A DNA stretch of 56,308 nt, filler included, from Sphacelaria rigidula (GCA_964200075.2; 4 parts of 4 records of this genome joined end to end with filler, not necessarily neighbours in it); one strand, 5' to 3'. Counted from the whole stretch's first letter, positions 1 to 13,900 are shown. Program-made: numbers and translations. The notes: generated by a model from the letters alone, not told the origin.

Positions 1-4
1 TTAT

Positions 5-150
5 CCTTCATGCGACTGGCCGAACACACCACCGCGCTTTGCGCTGGGTGATTGAGTGCGAGCCTGGTCCGTCGAAAACCCGGCGTGCTCCGTCCCGGCT
101 TTGTAGGGACGCGAGGTCAATGGTCTTATGACTATGGCAGCATGCATGAC
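5..150 (+). repeat. Interspersed repeat, family A (probable SINE or LINE 3' end), followed by a (CA)n tract
   Basis: CCTTCATGCGACT...GGTGATTGA...CCTGGTCC...GAGGTCAATGG...ATGACTA...GCATGCA recurs at 26095-26260 and in part at 22088-22135. (AC)n follows at about 163-192. Confidence 0.75.
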
Positions 151-157
151 CATAATA

Positions 158-194
<37 letters not shown>

Positions 195-519
195 TACCCC
201 GAAGAACACGCTAAGCCGCTCTAAGCGCTCGGGATCGCTCTGTCGTTGGGCTTATTTAGTTGTTGTGCTTCAGCAGAGAGAGAGCTTATTTGTATATCAC
301 ATACATAGAGCAATCAGCGGCACCCCCCTATCAGTCATGAATAATATACTCCATAAAGTCGGCTCCTCACTCTGTCATTCGGCGGTGGTTGTACCTGCCC
401 CAAATCCGGCATGGTGCTCCTCAACGGTATCCCAGCACTTCGCGGTCACACAGGCCCTGATGGTGTATATGAAACAGTGGGGTGCAGTGTTTGTTGTAAA
501 CCGCGCGTATCCATTGCAC

Positions 520-1010
520 GTGAGGAGTGGAAGAGAGCATTATATTACGCCAGGTACAGATATTTGTGATCGAACACTTACCCTAGCAGTGGCGATTGTT
601 GGGGCTTGCCCTCCTTCGGACCGCATCTCTAATGAGTATTCAGTCCAGAAAAACAGTCAAAAACACAGTGATTCGCACGTGCAGTTGTCACTGGGGAAAT
701 TGTGAATGGGACGCGTCAACAACCAATTTACGCCAGTGATACCACGACTTGTATTGAGAAAATGTCAGGGTAGCCCAACACTTTCCTTCCGGGTGGATGT
801 CGTGGGGAACACTGACCGACACCGCGACAACTGACGAGGAGTGGCGCTCCTGTGGAACCGAGTTTGTTATGTCCACTTTTCTCCGATTTTCCTTCTGCAA
901 TATCACACAGCAAGAACCTGATGCAGCTGTTGTTGTCTTAAAATGTGTATCATAATGGCAACAGGGCCTGATGTATAGGTTGAATCTACCGCGGTGATCT
1001 CCCAGGTGTC
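520..1010 (-). mobile_element. Degenerate RTE-clade LINE fragment (post-RT region)
   Basis: Broken minus-strand frames read LHQ..LLCDIAEGKSEKSGHNKLGSTGAPLLVSC...RKVLG. This resembles the RTE post-RT pattern HH.LLRCIG..RK..DH..LSY..AL..T.CE. Contains frameshifts and stops. Confidence 0.4.
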
Positions 1011-1699
1011 TGCGTATGTCCTACAGTACTACATACTATAAATTACGGACGGGTTCGAGGACCCGTGGCAATCCCGTTTAGCAATGTAGCGTTATAGCTG
1101 TCGTTTGTTGTACGCTCCGACTATGGTCGACAATGGCGATGGCTTTGGGGTCGACTTCATCGTGCTCAAGGACAGAGGCAAGTTTGAACATGAACCACAC
1201 ATGAGACTTTCGCCACCATCCCGACTACAGATTGAGCGGGGCGAACAGAAGAGCTTTTTCTTGTTTTTCTATCATCTACGATCGTGATTGTCGTTGTTGT
1301 TTCCAGCTACCCCTATTGATCACGCATGTTTGTACGGAAGATCAGCTCGGTGAGGGCGGGCGGCATTCACTCCACAGCGAACGCCCGGCCCTTTCAGCGC
1401 ACGCTGGTTTTCATGCTGCTTCTTATGGCACTCCCTCGACTTGCTTCACATGTAGTCATTGGCTGATACTTTTCCGGCATTACATTTACTCGAACTATGT
1501 ACACGGTATAGAGTCCGTACGGTACAGTTCTGTCGTAGGGTGTAAACAATACAGCAGAGTAGAGATAAACAACTCCACAGAAACGAGCCAACACACACGA
1601 GTAAGACGTCAAACCGCGGACTCACCCAACACCACGAAGAGAGCCGAGCCCGACGACTCAAATGCTCTCAGAGCAGCTGCTTTCGCTTATGGTTTCTCA

Positions 1700-2495
1700 G
1701 GTAGCGCGCACCAGCAGGATCCTACGTATTGTACGTATGAATCCCTCTTGTCGCCTGGTTCCGTCACTCTTGTGTGGTACCTCCAGAGTTGTTTGGAGCA
1801 GCAGTTCTAAGCTCGTCAGAAGACAAGTCACAAATGGCGGTTCTCCGTCTCCGTGACACCGTGATGGAAGGACACCGAACGGTATGCCGAGCGCCCGTGC
1901 AGATATAGAGTTGAAGGCGATTGTAAGCTGCTGAAGCCAAGACGGAAATCTGTCAGAGTGAGACTTCTCGTGATGACGGCCTCACGGTTACTTGCCGAGA
2001 ATTCGCGAACACGCCTCTGTTGTTTTGGGCCGGTCGTTACATGCACACACTTAGCGGCGTGGATAGTGACGGTTCGCATTCCGAAGGGGTACTAACGCAG
2101 TATAACACCCCCCTGGTGAGAAATGCTTCAACACCGACTTTTTCGAAATGGGTGCTCATGCACGTGTTCTTCTGATGGATACACCTTCACCTGTTGTGAA
2201 TGTGGTTCCGACTTGAAGTCAAAGTGCGCCACCAAGGGCTGTCCTCTACGATGTCGGGGATAAGCCAAGAGCTGGATCCGAGAGAGTGTCAAGCAGGGGA
2301 TACCGCGGGATTCACACGTGCTGACGAGTACTCTCGTCCAGGAATGGCAAACAAGATAAATTTTCGAGTGGGGGACGAGCCATCCCATGGTACAGATCCA
2401 GATGTTACAGCAAAGCTGCTCCTCGTGTGCGACTATTTTGAGACGTTGCTGGAGACAAAAATAGGTGTCACCGGCGATTTTTCTCTCGAGGTTTG
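1700..2495 (+). mobile_element. Degenerate hAT transposase relic (DUF659-like region)
   Basis: Collinear broken motifs: WKDTERYAE (compare KDA.YIA), VMTASRLLAEN..PLLFWAGRYMHTL..D (compare M.AA..LL....P.LFW..C.AH.L.L...D) and ASTPTFSKWVLM (compare TRF...LM). Confidence 0.4.
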
Positions 2496-2659
2496 AGAAT
2501 TGGGACCTGAAATTTTGAGGAGGGGTGCGAATCGACGATTTGTAGGTCATCGTTATTTTGGGAGTTGCCAGGTTTTTGTTTTTTTTCATGTATTTTCGGA
2601 GCCGGATCTACTTAACTGAATTTCTGGGGTGGGGGAAGTCCATCCTTGTCTCCGTAATG

Positions 2660-3160
2660 AAAATGAAATTTCCTTGTGGTGACATTCTGACGGTAGACTC
2701 ACACCCCTCCTCAAATTTCAACCGTAAAAACCAACAAAACTGTGTGGAAATCCCAGGCATTATTACATCCTGTATGTTCTCCTCAACCCTTGTTCCGGCC
2801 GGAAAATTCGGAACAGCGACTAAATAGAATCCGATCAGGTATCCGTGTTTTCGCCTTGTGTACGCTTCATGTCCAGTAATTTGTAGCGTATTCAGATCAG
2901 CGTTGGGGTATATATCATGACCATATACGTCGAAGTATCTTGGATATTCATACGAAATCGCCATCGAAGGGTACCGCCACCAGGCCGTATTTTGTGCCTC
3001 GCGATAGTCTGAAATGGCGATGTAATGCCTGAATAACCGATCAGGGCATGCTGCGTACTCCATGTTGGGCACACGGTTGCAGGGGTCTAATTTATGTGTC
3101 ACGTTTTGCAGATGTTCGTCCTCTTTGCCGCGGAGACACTGCGGTACTTTTTGTCTCAAG
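2660..3160 (-). mobile_element. Degenerate Ty3/gypsy integrase fragment
   Basis: ORF 2608-3159 has DPCNRVP (C..C.R.K zinc-finger remnant), WRYPSMAI...P....GHDI (compare W..ISMDF...LP...G.D.I) and ISTQFC...STVRMS (compare F.S.FW...G....MS), in integrase order. Confidence 0.45.
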
Positions 3161-5215
3161 TCGTAGGACCAGCCCGGAAAAAAATCCTGATGTCAGCATC
3201 GACGAAATTCTGTTCAATTTAGCGGCTCTTTATCCCACAAAGTGCACGCAAAGAAGTATGCCGCTGTTCATCACACCCATGAACACCTCCGTTTCAGGTA
3301 ACAACTCCCGTCCACTCCCACCCTCCTCCTTATTCCCCCTTCCTACCCCCCCCCTCCCCACCGTAGGATGACTCAGACAGGTAATATATAGAAGACAATG
3401 GAGGCCCGCTCCTTAGAAACGAGCTTTTAAGAAAATCAAGCTGGGGTTATTGAAAGTTAAGGACGTGTAGAGCCTCGGCGACGAGCACCACACTGAGTCC
3501 AATACAGTAAGCAATGATAAAACATTTGCATCTGATGAGAAAGTCAGGTTGGGGCTGATTCTTAGTTTCTCATCAGCGGGTCATTACTGTATACGTTCTA
3601 GAAGAATAGAAGGAGAAAAAACTTGTCTGTAGGTGAAATGCCATGACAGAAGAGTCACCCGTGCCCTCCCCTCACTACATTTCAGAAGTGGTATGAAGTA
3701 CCGTTCAGGTATCGTCTGAATTCACGGTCACAGAATGTGTAGGTAACCTGCAACTGTTGCGTTGTAGTGTGGCGGGTTCGAGTTGAAGTTCGAGAGCTTT
3801 CATCATACCCTTCTCGTTTTGACTTCCACCAATATTTTTTTAGTTTCGGGGGTCTTAGTTGTCAATAGTACTGCAAAATATCTGCCACCAGATGGGCCAG
3901 CGCGCTGTACTTTTTGCGGGATGCCAATTGTCTGTCTGCCGGGGGCGAGGAGCTTTCGCTCCGTGCCCGGCCTGCTCTCGCGCAGGGGTTAGGATAAGGT
4001 GATTCGATGTGTATTGCGAACGTTACCGCATATACGCGCCGACGTCACTTTCGGCTCGCGACAAGAATGAGGAGAGTGATTCATAACGACCACGCTGTTA
4101 ATCAAGCTTCACCACATTTCTGATTCATGCATCACAAGAAGAACGCCAAGTCATACAAGATGGGTTCCATCTTTGCGCTCTAAGGTTTTTCGATACATGT
4201 ATCCTAGACCGGTAGCATGCACAAAAAGTGCAGAATACATGTCCTAAGAGCAGGTGACGCAAGCTGCGCTGTAAAACCGGTTTAGATGTACTTGAGGGTT
4301 ACCTGGAAACTCTGTCAGTGTGGTGTCAGATCGTCACCGAGTGGTGTAAGGGTCTATTGAGCAGGAGCTGTGTTTGAAAAATGAGCGCCGGTAACTCGTA
4401 GCGTCACAAGCTTTTCCTGTCTCTTTTGTGCTTTACCGCGTTTCTGTACTGTTTTTGAATGCAACCATCTCGCAGAAATTGTCGTGCTGTCGATAACGAA
4501 CGACCTGCTGCTAAACAGGCCTCGAGGACAGACCAGGGTTAGTTGCCGCACGCCTTGACTCAAGAGCCCACATTAGTTGGTATATATCACCATCAACTGC
4601 AACAAAAAGAGAATACCCTCTCGTTATAAAGGCTTGAAGCCTCGGTTCAACGTGCGCTCTTTTCAATCACAGGTCGCTTCCGTACATAGCGTGCTGTACG
4701 GCACTGCTTGCACTCTTTGGAAGCCTGTGCCGTAGATGCATGAGTGAGTGCTGGGGTGGTGTACATGAAGCATGATTGATATGATCCTTTCACAGCCACT
4801 GGATGATAACTCTTGGGTATTGATAACGGGTTGACCGAATTTTTGAGAGTGGGCTTCTGGGATTCGTGCTTACGTTGGAATTCTGTAGGCCAACATGATA
4901 CAAACGTGGTTTAGCCTTAAGTCTTGAACGCTGCGTACGACACCAGCTCTCTCTGCACCAGTGACAAGCTTTGTGCAAGCATTATTGTTGGCAACGAGAT
5001 GTGTCACTGTTAGTATCTTTGTCATGCGACTCTCTACTCCATCGTGAGTGCTTGTCATTTCTAGAGGGTCCTCTGTTCTATGTAACCAGCACACACTACG
5101 GTACCCGCCTGCTGTGTGACACCTTCGTCTGTTGGTTGATTGATCAACAGAAGTAATAGTCGCAAAAAGGAAAGAAGAAAGGAAACAGCGACAACAGAAA
5201 CAACGGACAGCCATT

Positions 5216-5246
<31 letters not shown>

Positions 5247-7119
5247 GATTTTTTTGCATCACGTAGCTGATTGCAACACTCCAGCTGTAGACTGAATCGA
5301 TTTCTCTCAAAATTCAATGAACCAGCATTTGGTGATCACTCTCGGTCTCATTCTCTGATTCTATACCACAGGCCCTCCTCTTGCCGTTGTGAAGCCGGTA
5401 AGACCTCTCACTTCGATGATAAGGCGCCCCGTACTCGCAAATCACAGCACCTCGTCTCTACTTGCGGTAAGGGCTGGGGAACGTTCCCCAGGACACGAGT
5501 AGAAGGATTAGAAGCTTCCAACAGAGTTGCCACAGTCTTATCGTCACCCCCCCAAATACTGCTACGACTTAGGCGGCGAGAACGTAGCGCGTGTTGCCAC
5601 CCAAGCGATTTATAGTTGCCTTCTTATGAGAAATATCTACCTATTTCGTGGGTTCTCATGCCTGACTCATTTTGGAAATTGTACGAGTACTCCCGGACAG
5701 GGGTGTGGCCCGAACATTCGCAGTCAAAGAAAAAAGAAAGGCAAATCTGTTGGTTTAGCCGATCGCATGAACCTTCCCTTCCACAATCTTTGTGATTCGA
5801 TGACATTTGATAAATTGTCATTACACCACCGGACGCTTTGTTATGCAAAGGTTTGGACTGATGTCGTGCTCCAACCGGCATACTGAGCCCTTTCCGTGCG
5901 AAATCGCGAAGGCGGTACCGCGTCTGATGAATTGATGTATACATATAAGTATACATGATATGTATGTCTGATAACTTGGTATCGAAACCCTTCGAACTTG
6001 TCATTACATACTCAACATCATGTCATGGTACCGGTCATAAGTGCCTACCAGCAAGAGCTCAAGCACTCATGGTTTTGAATTGACCATCAATCCCTGCCAC
6101 TTAGTTATATCCATTATCGGGAGCCAGTTTTTTCTCTTTCAGCACCAAGCAGATCTATAGTTACGATCTGCACCTTGGTCGCCGCGCCCCGGTGGTCAGA
6201 GGGTACGACTGAAACCATGATGTCAAAAGAAACTCCGGTTTGACTCCCGCTAGATGCGTTGAGTTTTGTTTCTCATGAGTATCTGAATCCCGCCCGTAAA
6301 AACGTGAGGATGTGAGGACGTCATGAGCCAAAAATATCTGTTCGGATGAGTTTGTTGTATTGTTAGGGAATGGATTCAAGCAGTTGCAGGGTTATCCTGC
6401 CAACTCAGCAAGGATGTGGTGTGGTTTGCCTCCTTTCAGCAGTTTACGTCTGGCGAGTGGTTGAATAAACTTGGATACGTATTCAAACGGTCATGAGATG
6501 GTGGTGCGGGCTGCTTCTTCACAACAACTTATAGTAGGGAGACAATTCAATCGCTTCATGGAAGGGCAGGGTGCCCTCTCTCGCTGCAGCAGCTGGCGTT
6601 TGGGTAGAGCTTCACGCAGGAAATTTAATGGATTGCATGACCTTTACTCCTGCAGTTGTCACTATTCAGTGCGATATTGCTCAGCCTTTTGAATGGGTGG
6701 TACCACCTTTTTACTCTGCGGCGTTCACCAATCGATATGGATTTCAGTTAGTCCATTGAGGGCTATTCGCGGTCTTCGTCGCCACAGCGGTTGACGGGGG
6801 CAGGAACGTTAAGCAAATCTAACGGGAAATCGATATAGCCTGCCTCACGGAAGGGGTTCACTACTGGGCAGGGCTCCAACTACCCAATCAAAGTTGCGCT
6901 TGGCTTCACTTACTAGTTCGGTTGATCTTCAGGATTTTGTGTAAGATAATTGGTAGATCGGTGTGACGCTCTACCCTGCAACAGCTGACGTTCGTAGGCA
7001 CCAAAACTTGAACGGAGGTGTCGCGGATCTGTCTATCTAGCTACTGTACAGTTCTCAAGTCTCGGGCATGAACCTGACAAACCCGTTTACCTGTGATATA
7101 ACCTGGCTCGCCGCAGCAC

Positions 7120-7600
7120 CTAACGTGGGGGAGTTACTTTACTCACTTCCGTGAGGGAGTGGCGTGGTCTGCTTTGCTGCGAGGTCCACTGTCCAAGGAT
7201 ATGCCGTGCACGAACCCACCATCGGTCCATAGACATTGGAGTGTTCACGAAAACAAACGGTGATTTGTCTGTTCTAGATTTATTGTACACACTTCTCAGT
7301 ACTCTCACCGTCCCAGACCACAATACACTGATGCCAAGAGTGGCTCTACGGTAGGGGTGCACATTTTGTTTTTCTGTTTTCTGCACTGTAGGATCCTATC
7401 GATGACAAACATCTGGGCCTTAGTGTGCAGCCTCAGAAAATATTTGGACTAATAAGTGCATCCCTACCAGAGAATCCCTCTCAACCATCAAATTATTTTA
7501 CGTATCTGGCATCTCGGAGCGTACAAGAGGATATATCTTGGATATCACCAGATTTTCTCTTTTTGTCGTCACCAGTTTGTGGTCTCACTCGTCACCTGTC
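7120..7600 (-). mobile_element. Degenerate RTE-clade LINE fragment
   Basis: Minus-strand broken frames ..MVERDSLVGM.. (compare VE.LLYGC) followed by QKTEKQNVHPYRRATL..., collinear with the RTE C-terminal region. Confidence 0.35.
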
Positions 7601-8029
7601 CGTGGTCTCACGAAACCAACCCATCTACGTAGAAGAGGTAAACTCGCACAAGCAGCTGTCGAGGACTCATCCTCCCTCTCCATCAGAGTCATCATGAGAT
7701 GGGCCTGTATGCTTACTGGGCAAAAGATCCCGAGTTCCAGTCTCGGCCCCAATCAGCACAACGAAGTGAACAAAAGCAAGTTCCAGCAAGGAAGACAGGA
7801 CGTGACAATATATGAAAACCCCGACAACTGGTGGGTGACCAGCAAGCAGGGTTTCACAAACGCACCGACAAGTCTTCCGTGGAGTGGCTTGGCAACCCGT
7901 CACACACAGAAGACACGTGAGAAAGGTGCACAAACATCGACACCACAAGTTGGCGAAGAATATGACCTGTTCGAATATATTCTCATCAAGGAAAGTACGA
8001 AGAGGCTCATGAGAGGGGGCCGTGAGGGC

Positions 8030-8380
8030 TGGGGTATGATGCGGGTTGTATCGCATCTTTTGTCATACTTTGGCGAACGATCTGGATTTTTTCTTACACC
8101 ATGTCCAACAGTGAAGAGCGACAATGTCGTGGGCACAGAAAATTCGACTTCACCGTCGACGAGGGAAGGGAGCTGCTGCAGCCCTCTCGCGATGAAAAAA
8201 CAATTCAAGCACTCAGAAGAAAGGTGGGGAACTGAACCAACTAAAAGAAGGGAAGTCCCGCGTTGACCTTCCTCCTGTGTAACCTGGGCTGAATCGCCCA
8301 CATATGTCGGAAGTTGTAGACTAGGGTCCAAAACAGATGGGATGACAACAATCACTTTGAACCCCTCCCCTCCCTCGGGA
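8030..8380 (+). mobile_element. Diverged copy of the tRNA-derived SINE (family B)
   Basis: CGATCTGGATTTTTTCTTACACCATGTCCAACAGTGAAGAGCGAC...TCGAC...CCCTCTCGCGAT...CGCCCACATA...GACAACA aligns with 32525-32800. Confidence 0.75.
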
Positions 8381-9119
8381 CGAGTCCGTGGTATGAAGGG
8401 ATCAACCCATGTCTCCCCGGTGTACGCCTTGCTTTTTGATCTCGCGGATTGGGTTAGCACTCCCCAACCGCATTAACTCTCGCCAAGCAAACCCAGTCAA
8501 CAAGCTTTTGATTACTCGTGTACTCACACTTTCGAGGGTGGAAATCAAACACCTCGAAGAAAACGCCCAACGCATCGGAAATCAAATCGACGTTCTTCCC
8601 ACCCTGGTGGTGATAGTAGGATCATTACACACCACCGGGGCGCGGCGACTAATTGCAGCGCATAGAAGAGGTAAATTTTCGCAGGCGTCCGTCGAGGTTT
8701 CATCACCTTCTCATAATACACAAAAAATAAACTAGAGTCGACAAACAAATCACCGTGTGTCACGTACTCTATTTGCGTAGCGTGATGGACTTTCATGATG
8801 CATTTGAATGCCCACGACAACAGCAGAGCATGAAGACCTGACTGCTCAATCAAAGCTGAATGATGGAACAGCGTAATTTCATGTGAAGACCTAACTGCTG
8901 GGCATTCAAAGTATTTCACGTCTTGATGACAGGACCACAGCTTCGCTGCCCGTCCTACGACATTACATTTTGGTAGGGCTGTTCTTCCTGGCGAGGCTCA
9001 CGTTCGCATATTCCTACCAATCCCATCCGTCTGGTGCTCGCAACCGACCGTGTGTGTTGGTGAAGACGAAATTCCAATCGATGACGACGATACAGGGTTC
9101 AGTCAGCTACGTAATGGAT

Positions 9120-9435
9120 AATCATCTTGTTGTGTTGTTTGTGTTTGTGTTTGTGTATGTGTACGTGTCCGTTTGCTGTTATTTTGTTGTTATTGCTGTT
9201 GTTCTTTGTTTTTGCTCTTGTTTGTTGTTGTTGTTGTTGTTGTTGGTGTTGTTGGTGGTGTTTTTGTTGTTCTCGCTGCTTCCTTTGTTCTCTCCTTTCT
9301 CAGGCCGTTACTTCTGTCTTTTTCTGTCTCTTTCCTTTTTTTTTCTTTTAATATTCTGTTTTTTTTGCTGCTCCTGACCACGGGCCGGATTGTTGCAATC
9401 AGCTAAACGTGAGATAATCAATCAACCGATCTATA
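9120..9435 (+). repeat. T/GTT-rich LINE 3' UTR-like tract ending in GACCACGG...ATCAATCAA
   Basis: (TTG)n and T-rich low complexity, then a tail resembling 17016-17070 and 51590-51658. Confidence 0.45.
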
Positions 9436-9719
9436 AATCAGGGTTGAATTCGTCACAGTTCACACCACGGGACAGAGCGGATGTCACGCGTGATGCTGCA
9501 TGATATTAGCGTCTCAAAGCCTCGACACATCTGTTTTCAATATGATTAGAGTTTCAAACTGATCCATTGACTGTAATAATGCGTAAAACTGAAAATGGGT
9601 AGATAGCTCCCCCCGTAAGGGGCGAGGAGTGGGGTGTTAACCCTATTCCTGAAAGGGGTAGCAGGGTAAGAGCGATAGGGCCAAGAACGGTTGTGATAAA
9701 CTCAATCATTCGGACGGTC

Positions 9720-10150
9720 ATGGCAGCGTTTTCCGTGTTTTTGTAGGGAACCGATCGTTCCGAACAAGTCTTCGATAGCTGTGGTGTGTGTCAGATTCAA
9801 TTTTAGGGAGATGGTTGACTAGGGTGGTGATATACATCGTGTGTGTGATATCCCTGAAGGAACGCATGCGACGATGGCTGTAGAGTAAGTAGTACGTGAT
9901 CGAGGATATCTGCTCTTGTGCCCTATCCTTTACGAAATATGGAAGGATGGATTCTGCAGCCCTACGTTTATTCTCCAGCTCCAACGCAATCGGTTTTCGT
10001 ACATCCGCTTCTGTGGATTATCGTCGTGCTTCGCTGCATGTTCGCAGCCATCCTTCGTATGTATGTGATGTGCCTTGCGGTGACGGTACTCAGTCCAGTC
10101 GATAACGGCGGCGGCCGATTGGTTTCCAAGTTCACCACATTTGGCCTGTA
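9720..10150 (-). mobile_element. Degenerate LINE (RTE) endonuclease N-terminal fragment
   Basis: Frameshifted DCVG/LENKRRAAESIL resembles the APE endonuclease motif D..GLQE.RR.G.S.F. Confidence 0.3.
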
Positions 10151-10926
10151 CTTTCACATCTGTTGGCACCGTGCTTATCTGTTTTCCGTCCCGTTCCATG
10201 GTTTGACAAGAAAGGGCGGCAAGGTGGCGATCATGGTCAACCTGATGTATATACTGTTTTCACGAGCGTAGTGTAGCATGTTCTGCTGGTACCGCACGGT
10301 ACTGTCGTCGTGCGGCACGAGAGTCCGCCCCACACGACGTAGCAATCAATCAGTGGCGACGGTTGGCGGCTCGGGTCGTGTTCCCGAAATCAAGTCAGCC
10401 AGTATTAAAGATAGCACGACAGGGTGCCCCTCTGCACCACCTCGCCGAGTCAGTCAACAGCACCTTGCTCGGCTTGAGTGCTTTGCTGCGTTCGCTTTAC
10501 AGGACAGTACCACGACAGGTGGATTCGATCTGGTATGCGGCACAATTCCATTTCTCCGTTGTCGAGAGTCATGGGATATATCACCCGGGGTGATATAAGG
10601 AACCCCTCCTCAGTTTCCTCTCTAAATCAGGCAACGCACTGTTAGATGATCTTGCTTACTGAAAGAAACGTTTCGAATCTCGTTCCACTACCAAATCGAT
10701 CAGTAGCGGTACGATCGTCACACTTGCCCACAAATGTGAGCCTGGGTTTGCCATCAATTCCTATACCACCCCAGGTGATATACACCGTATCCCACGAAAG
10801 GTTCTGAAATAAATCGGGTCTATAGTTGTACCGGTCGGATTTTCTCACACACTCATCTGCCTCACCCTTGTACGACAGAGTAAACGTGTCAAGGAAGGCA
10901 GCTAATCAAAACCGCAACAAGTGAAT

Positions 10927-10995
10927 ATGCCTCGCAAATACTTGATCGGAGGAAACTGGAAGTGCAATGGAAGCACGGATTCCATCGCGACCTTG
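10927..10995 (+). CDS. TPI: Triosephosphate isomerase, first coding exon only (MPRKYLIGGNWKCNGSTDSIATL)
   Basis: The ATG at 10927 reads the diagnostic TPI N-terminus RK..IGGNWKCNG, which includes the catalytic Lys. It ends in phase 0 at a GTGAGT donor (10996). No later TPI exon was found before the gap at 14004. Confidence 0.88.
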
Positions 10996-13900
10996 GTGAG
11001 TTCTTCGGATTTTATACATGTATTGATGATCGAGCGTATGAAAAAATAGCCAGCTCTCCAGCACTATTTTTTGTGGCAGTTCAGCAGCACTTCCTGGGCA
11101 GCACCACCGCGCGCCGTAGCGTGCCACCATGATATGCGGCGTCCTTTCGGTGGATAGGTCGTCGTCGTGTTGAGCGACAGGTTCTCTCAGCTGAGGCATA
11201 CAGTGCATATCTAGGTGTGACATGCCGAGGTGGTGTAACGCCGAGCGCTACGTGGTTCACGACCTTTGGTCGCACTTCAGGACAGCGCTTTTCTTCCTGC
11301 ACGATTGTGTTGCTATTGACCTACGTCCATCCCGGTCCCTCGAGGCACGGCGTGGAACATGTTGCGAAGATGAGAAGCTTTTGTATGCCATGGTAAACGG
11401 AGGGTACCTTGAAGTATTTATGTTTCTGCACAATCGATACCCCAGCCCAGGCACATATTTTCGTGTCTCACGGACACGAGAGCGGGCTAGTCTGTGAAAT
11501 TGCGCTCTACTGTTGTTGTGTACTCTTCTGAAATCGCGCGTCGAAAGTGCATACGGTACGAGTACATGAACTCAGTGATCAAGGCAGAAGTACAATTGCA
11601 GCACTCTCTCCGTATGTGTGCATGTATCGGGCACTGCACTCCATTCAAAGTACTCTCCATTTTGCTCCTCATTCAGCTGTCTACTATGCTTATCATGCCC
11701 CCTGAGGGTGTCAACGGCACATGGTTTCTTCTGTTCGGATTGGTTGTCTTCTCATTATTGACTGTTTCTTGGTACCATCCGGTTAGTTCCGTGGCTCGGT
11801 TCTCAACCGAACCTTCGATTTGCGGAGAACAGCCCCTGGATTAACTGCAGCGAGTTTCGTAGCCTGACTTATGAAGGTACTCACAGCGCGTGTCACGTTC
11901 CCAGTACATCACGAAACACCACCGGTCTTGTACAAAGCGTTTTGGACAGTTTGATTCGATAATGATGGGAGCGCGAACCGCGCAATAGTAACACATAGTT
12001 CTGTACAATCCACCCCCGACGTGACACAGCATTGTGAAGCCAGGAGCCCTGCCCGCGGAAAAGTGTGGCCGGGGTGCACAGGAAATAGTCCCCCGCATCC
12101 AGATACTGGTGTAGCGTCCGCGCCCGGGCAAGCCTTCTTCACTCTAGCACCCTGGCGCATTTTTTTTTTCCCGGACTGGAGAACCGTGCTCTTGCGCGTA
12201 CTGTGACGAGTACGTCGTGGACTGATTTTTCATGGTGCCCCCTCTACTTCCTTGCCTCAGTGTCCTAAATAAATGGTCGGAGTGCGCGTGGTGTTGCACC
12301 TATCCAAAGGTGCTGAGTACCTGTATAGAGTGACTTACAGGACTCCCATTACTCTGCATTTCCCAGAGGGGTATTTTGGGTACCCAGTGTTGTATTCGCG
12401 AGTATCTGCATAGCTAACCCCTTCAAAGTAAATACCCAGCATACCCAACCCCCGAAATACAGGAGGATCCACGGCCGAAGATACAGACTACAAGTATCCA
12501 CGGTGTACCTCAAGTGTCGCCCAGTGTAAGTCCTTCACGGGGTGAATTAAATCATTATCTTGGGTCGCTTGCCATCTACTATAGGTTCTGTAATAACATA
12601 ATCATTATATCAGTGCGCTGTAATGTCTGCTACCCAATCCTGACATGGCGCACAACGGGTCGCAACGCCCACGATTTTCTTCGTGCCACCTCGGGAAAAA
12701 AACGTGTCGAAAAGTGCCTGTTCAGCCCTTCTCCGTTGTTTTTCGCCCGAAAATAGGGCTGTGCGGATGTTGACGCCTTGGAATGACTCGCTCTAGTCGT
12801 TGAGACCGTTCCGGGGTACCTTGACGTTTCCCCTAGGTCACAGTTTTGCTTTCGGTCGAAACTTACACTTTCAAAAACAGACGGTAACAGCACCAGGGGA
12901 AAAATCCTAGGTTTTTCATAACTTCGACCGATTGTTGGCAGCCTGAATATGCAGCGGGACATAATTTACTTTTCAACTGACAATCAGATCGCTCTACTCT
13001 TTCGGGGATTACCAGGAGAGTAGTCAAAAACCTAGTGTTCGTGCGGTCTAATCTCACGGCCAATGACACCCACAGCACCTGTCAAACAGCAGCGGGGAGC
13101 ACCGTGTTCGTTTCACGAAAGACGAAACAACCAATACACCATGAAGTTTTCATCAGTGTGCAGACAGCACTGCGTGCCGAGTAGGATTAATTTCTGCAGA
13201 GACTAAACACAGCGACAATGCCGTCCGTATTAAAATCCCCAGTAGATGATATTATATCGCAACCCTCTGAAGGATTTTCAATGTTGGGGTCTCGAAGGTC
13301 TTTGTCAACAAAAAACGTCTGACGACCCTATAATGCCGGAATACATTTTCAATGCAAAATAAAGGGGTTGGGATGGTGGGTGTGGGGTTGCTTGCTTCTT
13401 GGAAACGGGGAGTACAATAGGGTACAACATCGCAGCCCGGGCAATCCAAACCGTCTTCGCAATGCGGAAGCATACCACAGTACAGTACAACGCGGTGACA
13501 ACCTCCAGCACGTGGGAGAGGGTGTGACTTGTGTTTCGCTGCGGTACAGTGAAACAGGACGTCACCCATGTGTTACTCCTGCCTGAGGTCGAACAGGTTA
13601 TCGATTTTGGGTGGTTGCCGAGTTCGAATGCTCGGCCATGATCGCACTTCACATCGAGGTACCCCTATCTGTGTGTGCGAGGTCTGGCTTGTGTTGCGTG
13701 CTTCGCCTGGTAATTTAATGAAGCAAATTCTGTCCCGGTAACATTTAATTTGCTGGTTGTTTTTGAAAATGTAAGCTTGGCAACAACAAAGGTGTGACCT
13801 ACGGAAAAACGTGAAAGTGCTCTGGAATGGTCTCAACGAGTAGACCGAGTCATTCAAAGGTGTCAACATCCCCTAACCCTCTTTTCAGGCAAAAAACGTC

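Noticed and set aside
7538..8460. 242-aa plus-strand and 186-aa minus-strand ORFs
   Set aside because: They run through SINE family B and adjacent repeats and show no domain signal.
8970..9406. Hydrophobic, TM-like ORFs
   Set aside because: Produced by a T/GTT-rich low-complexity tract.
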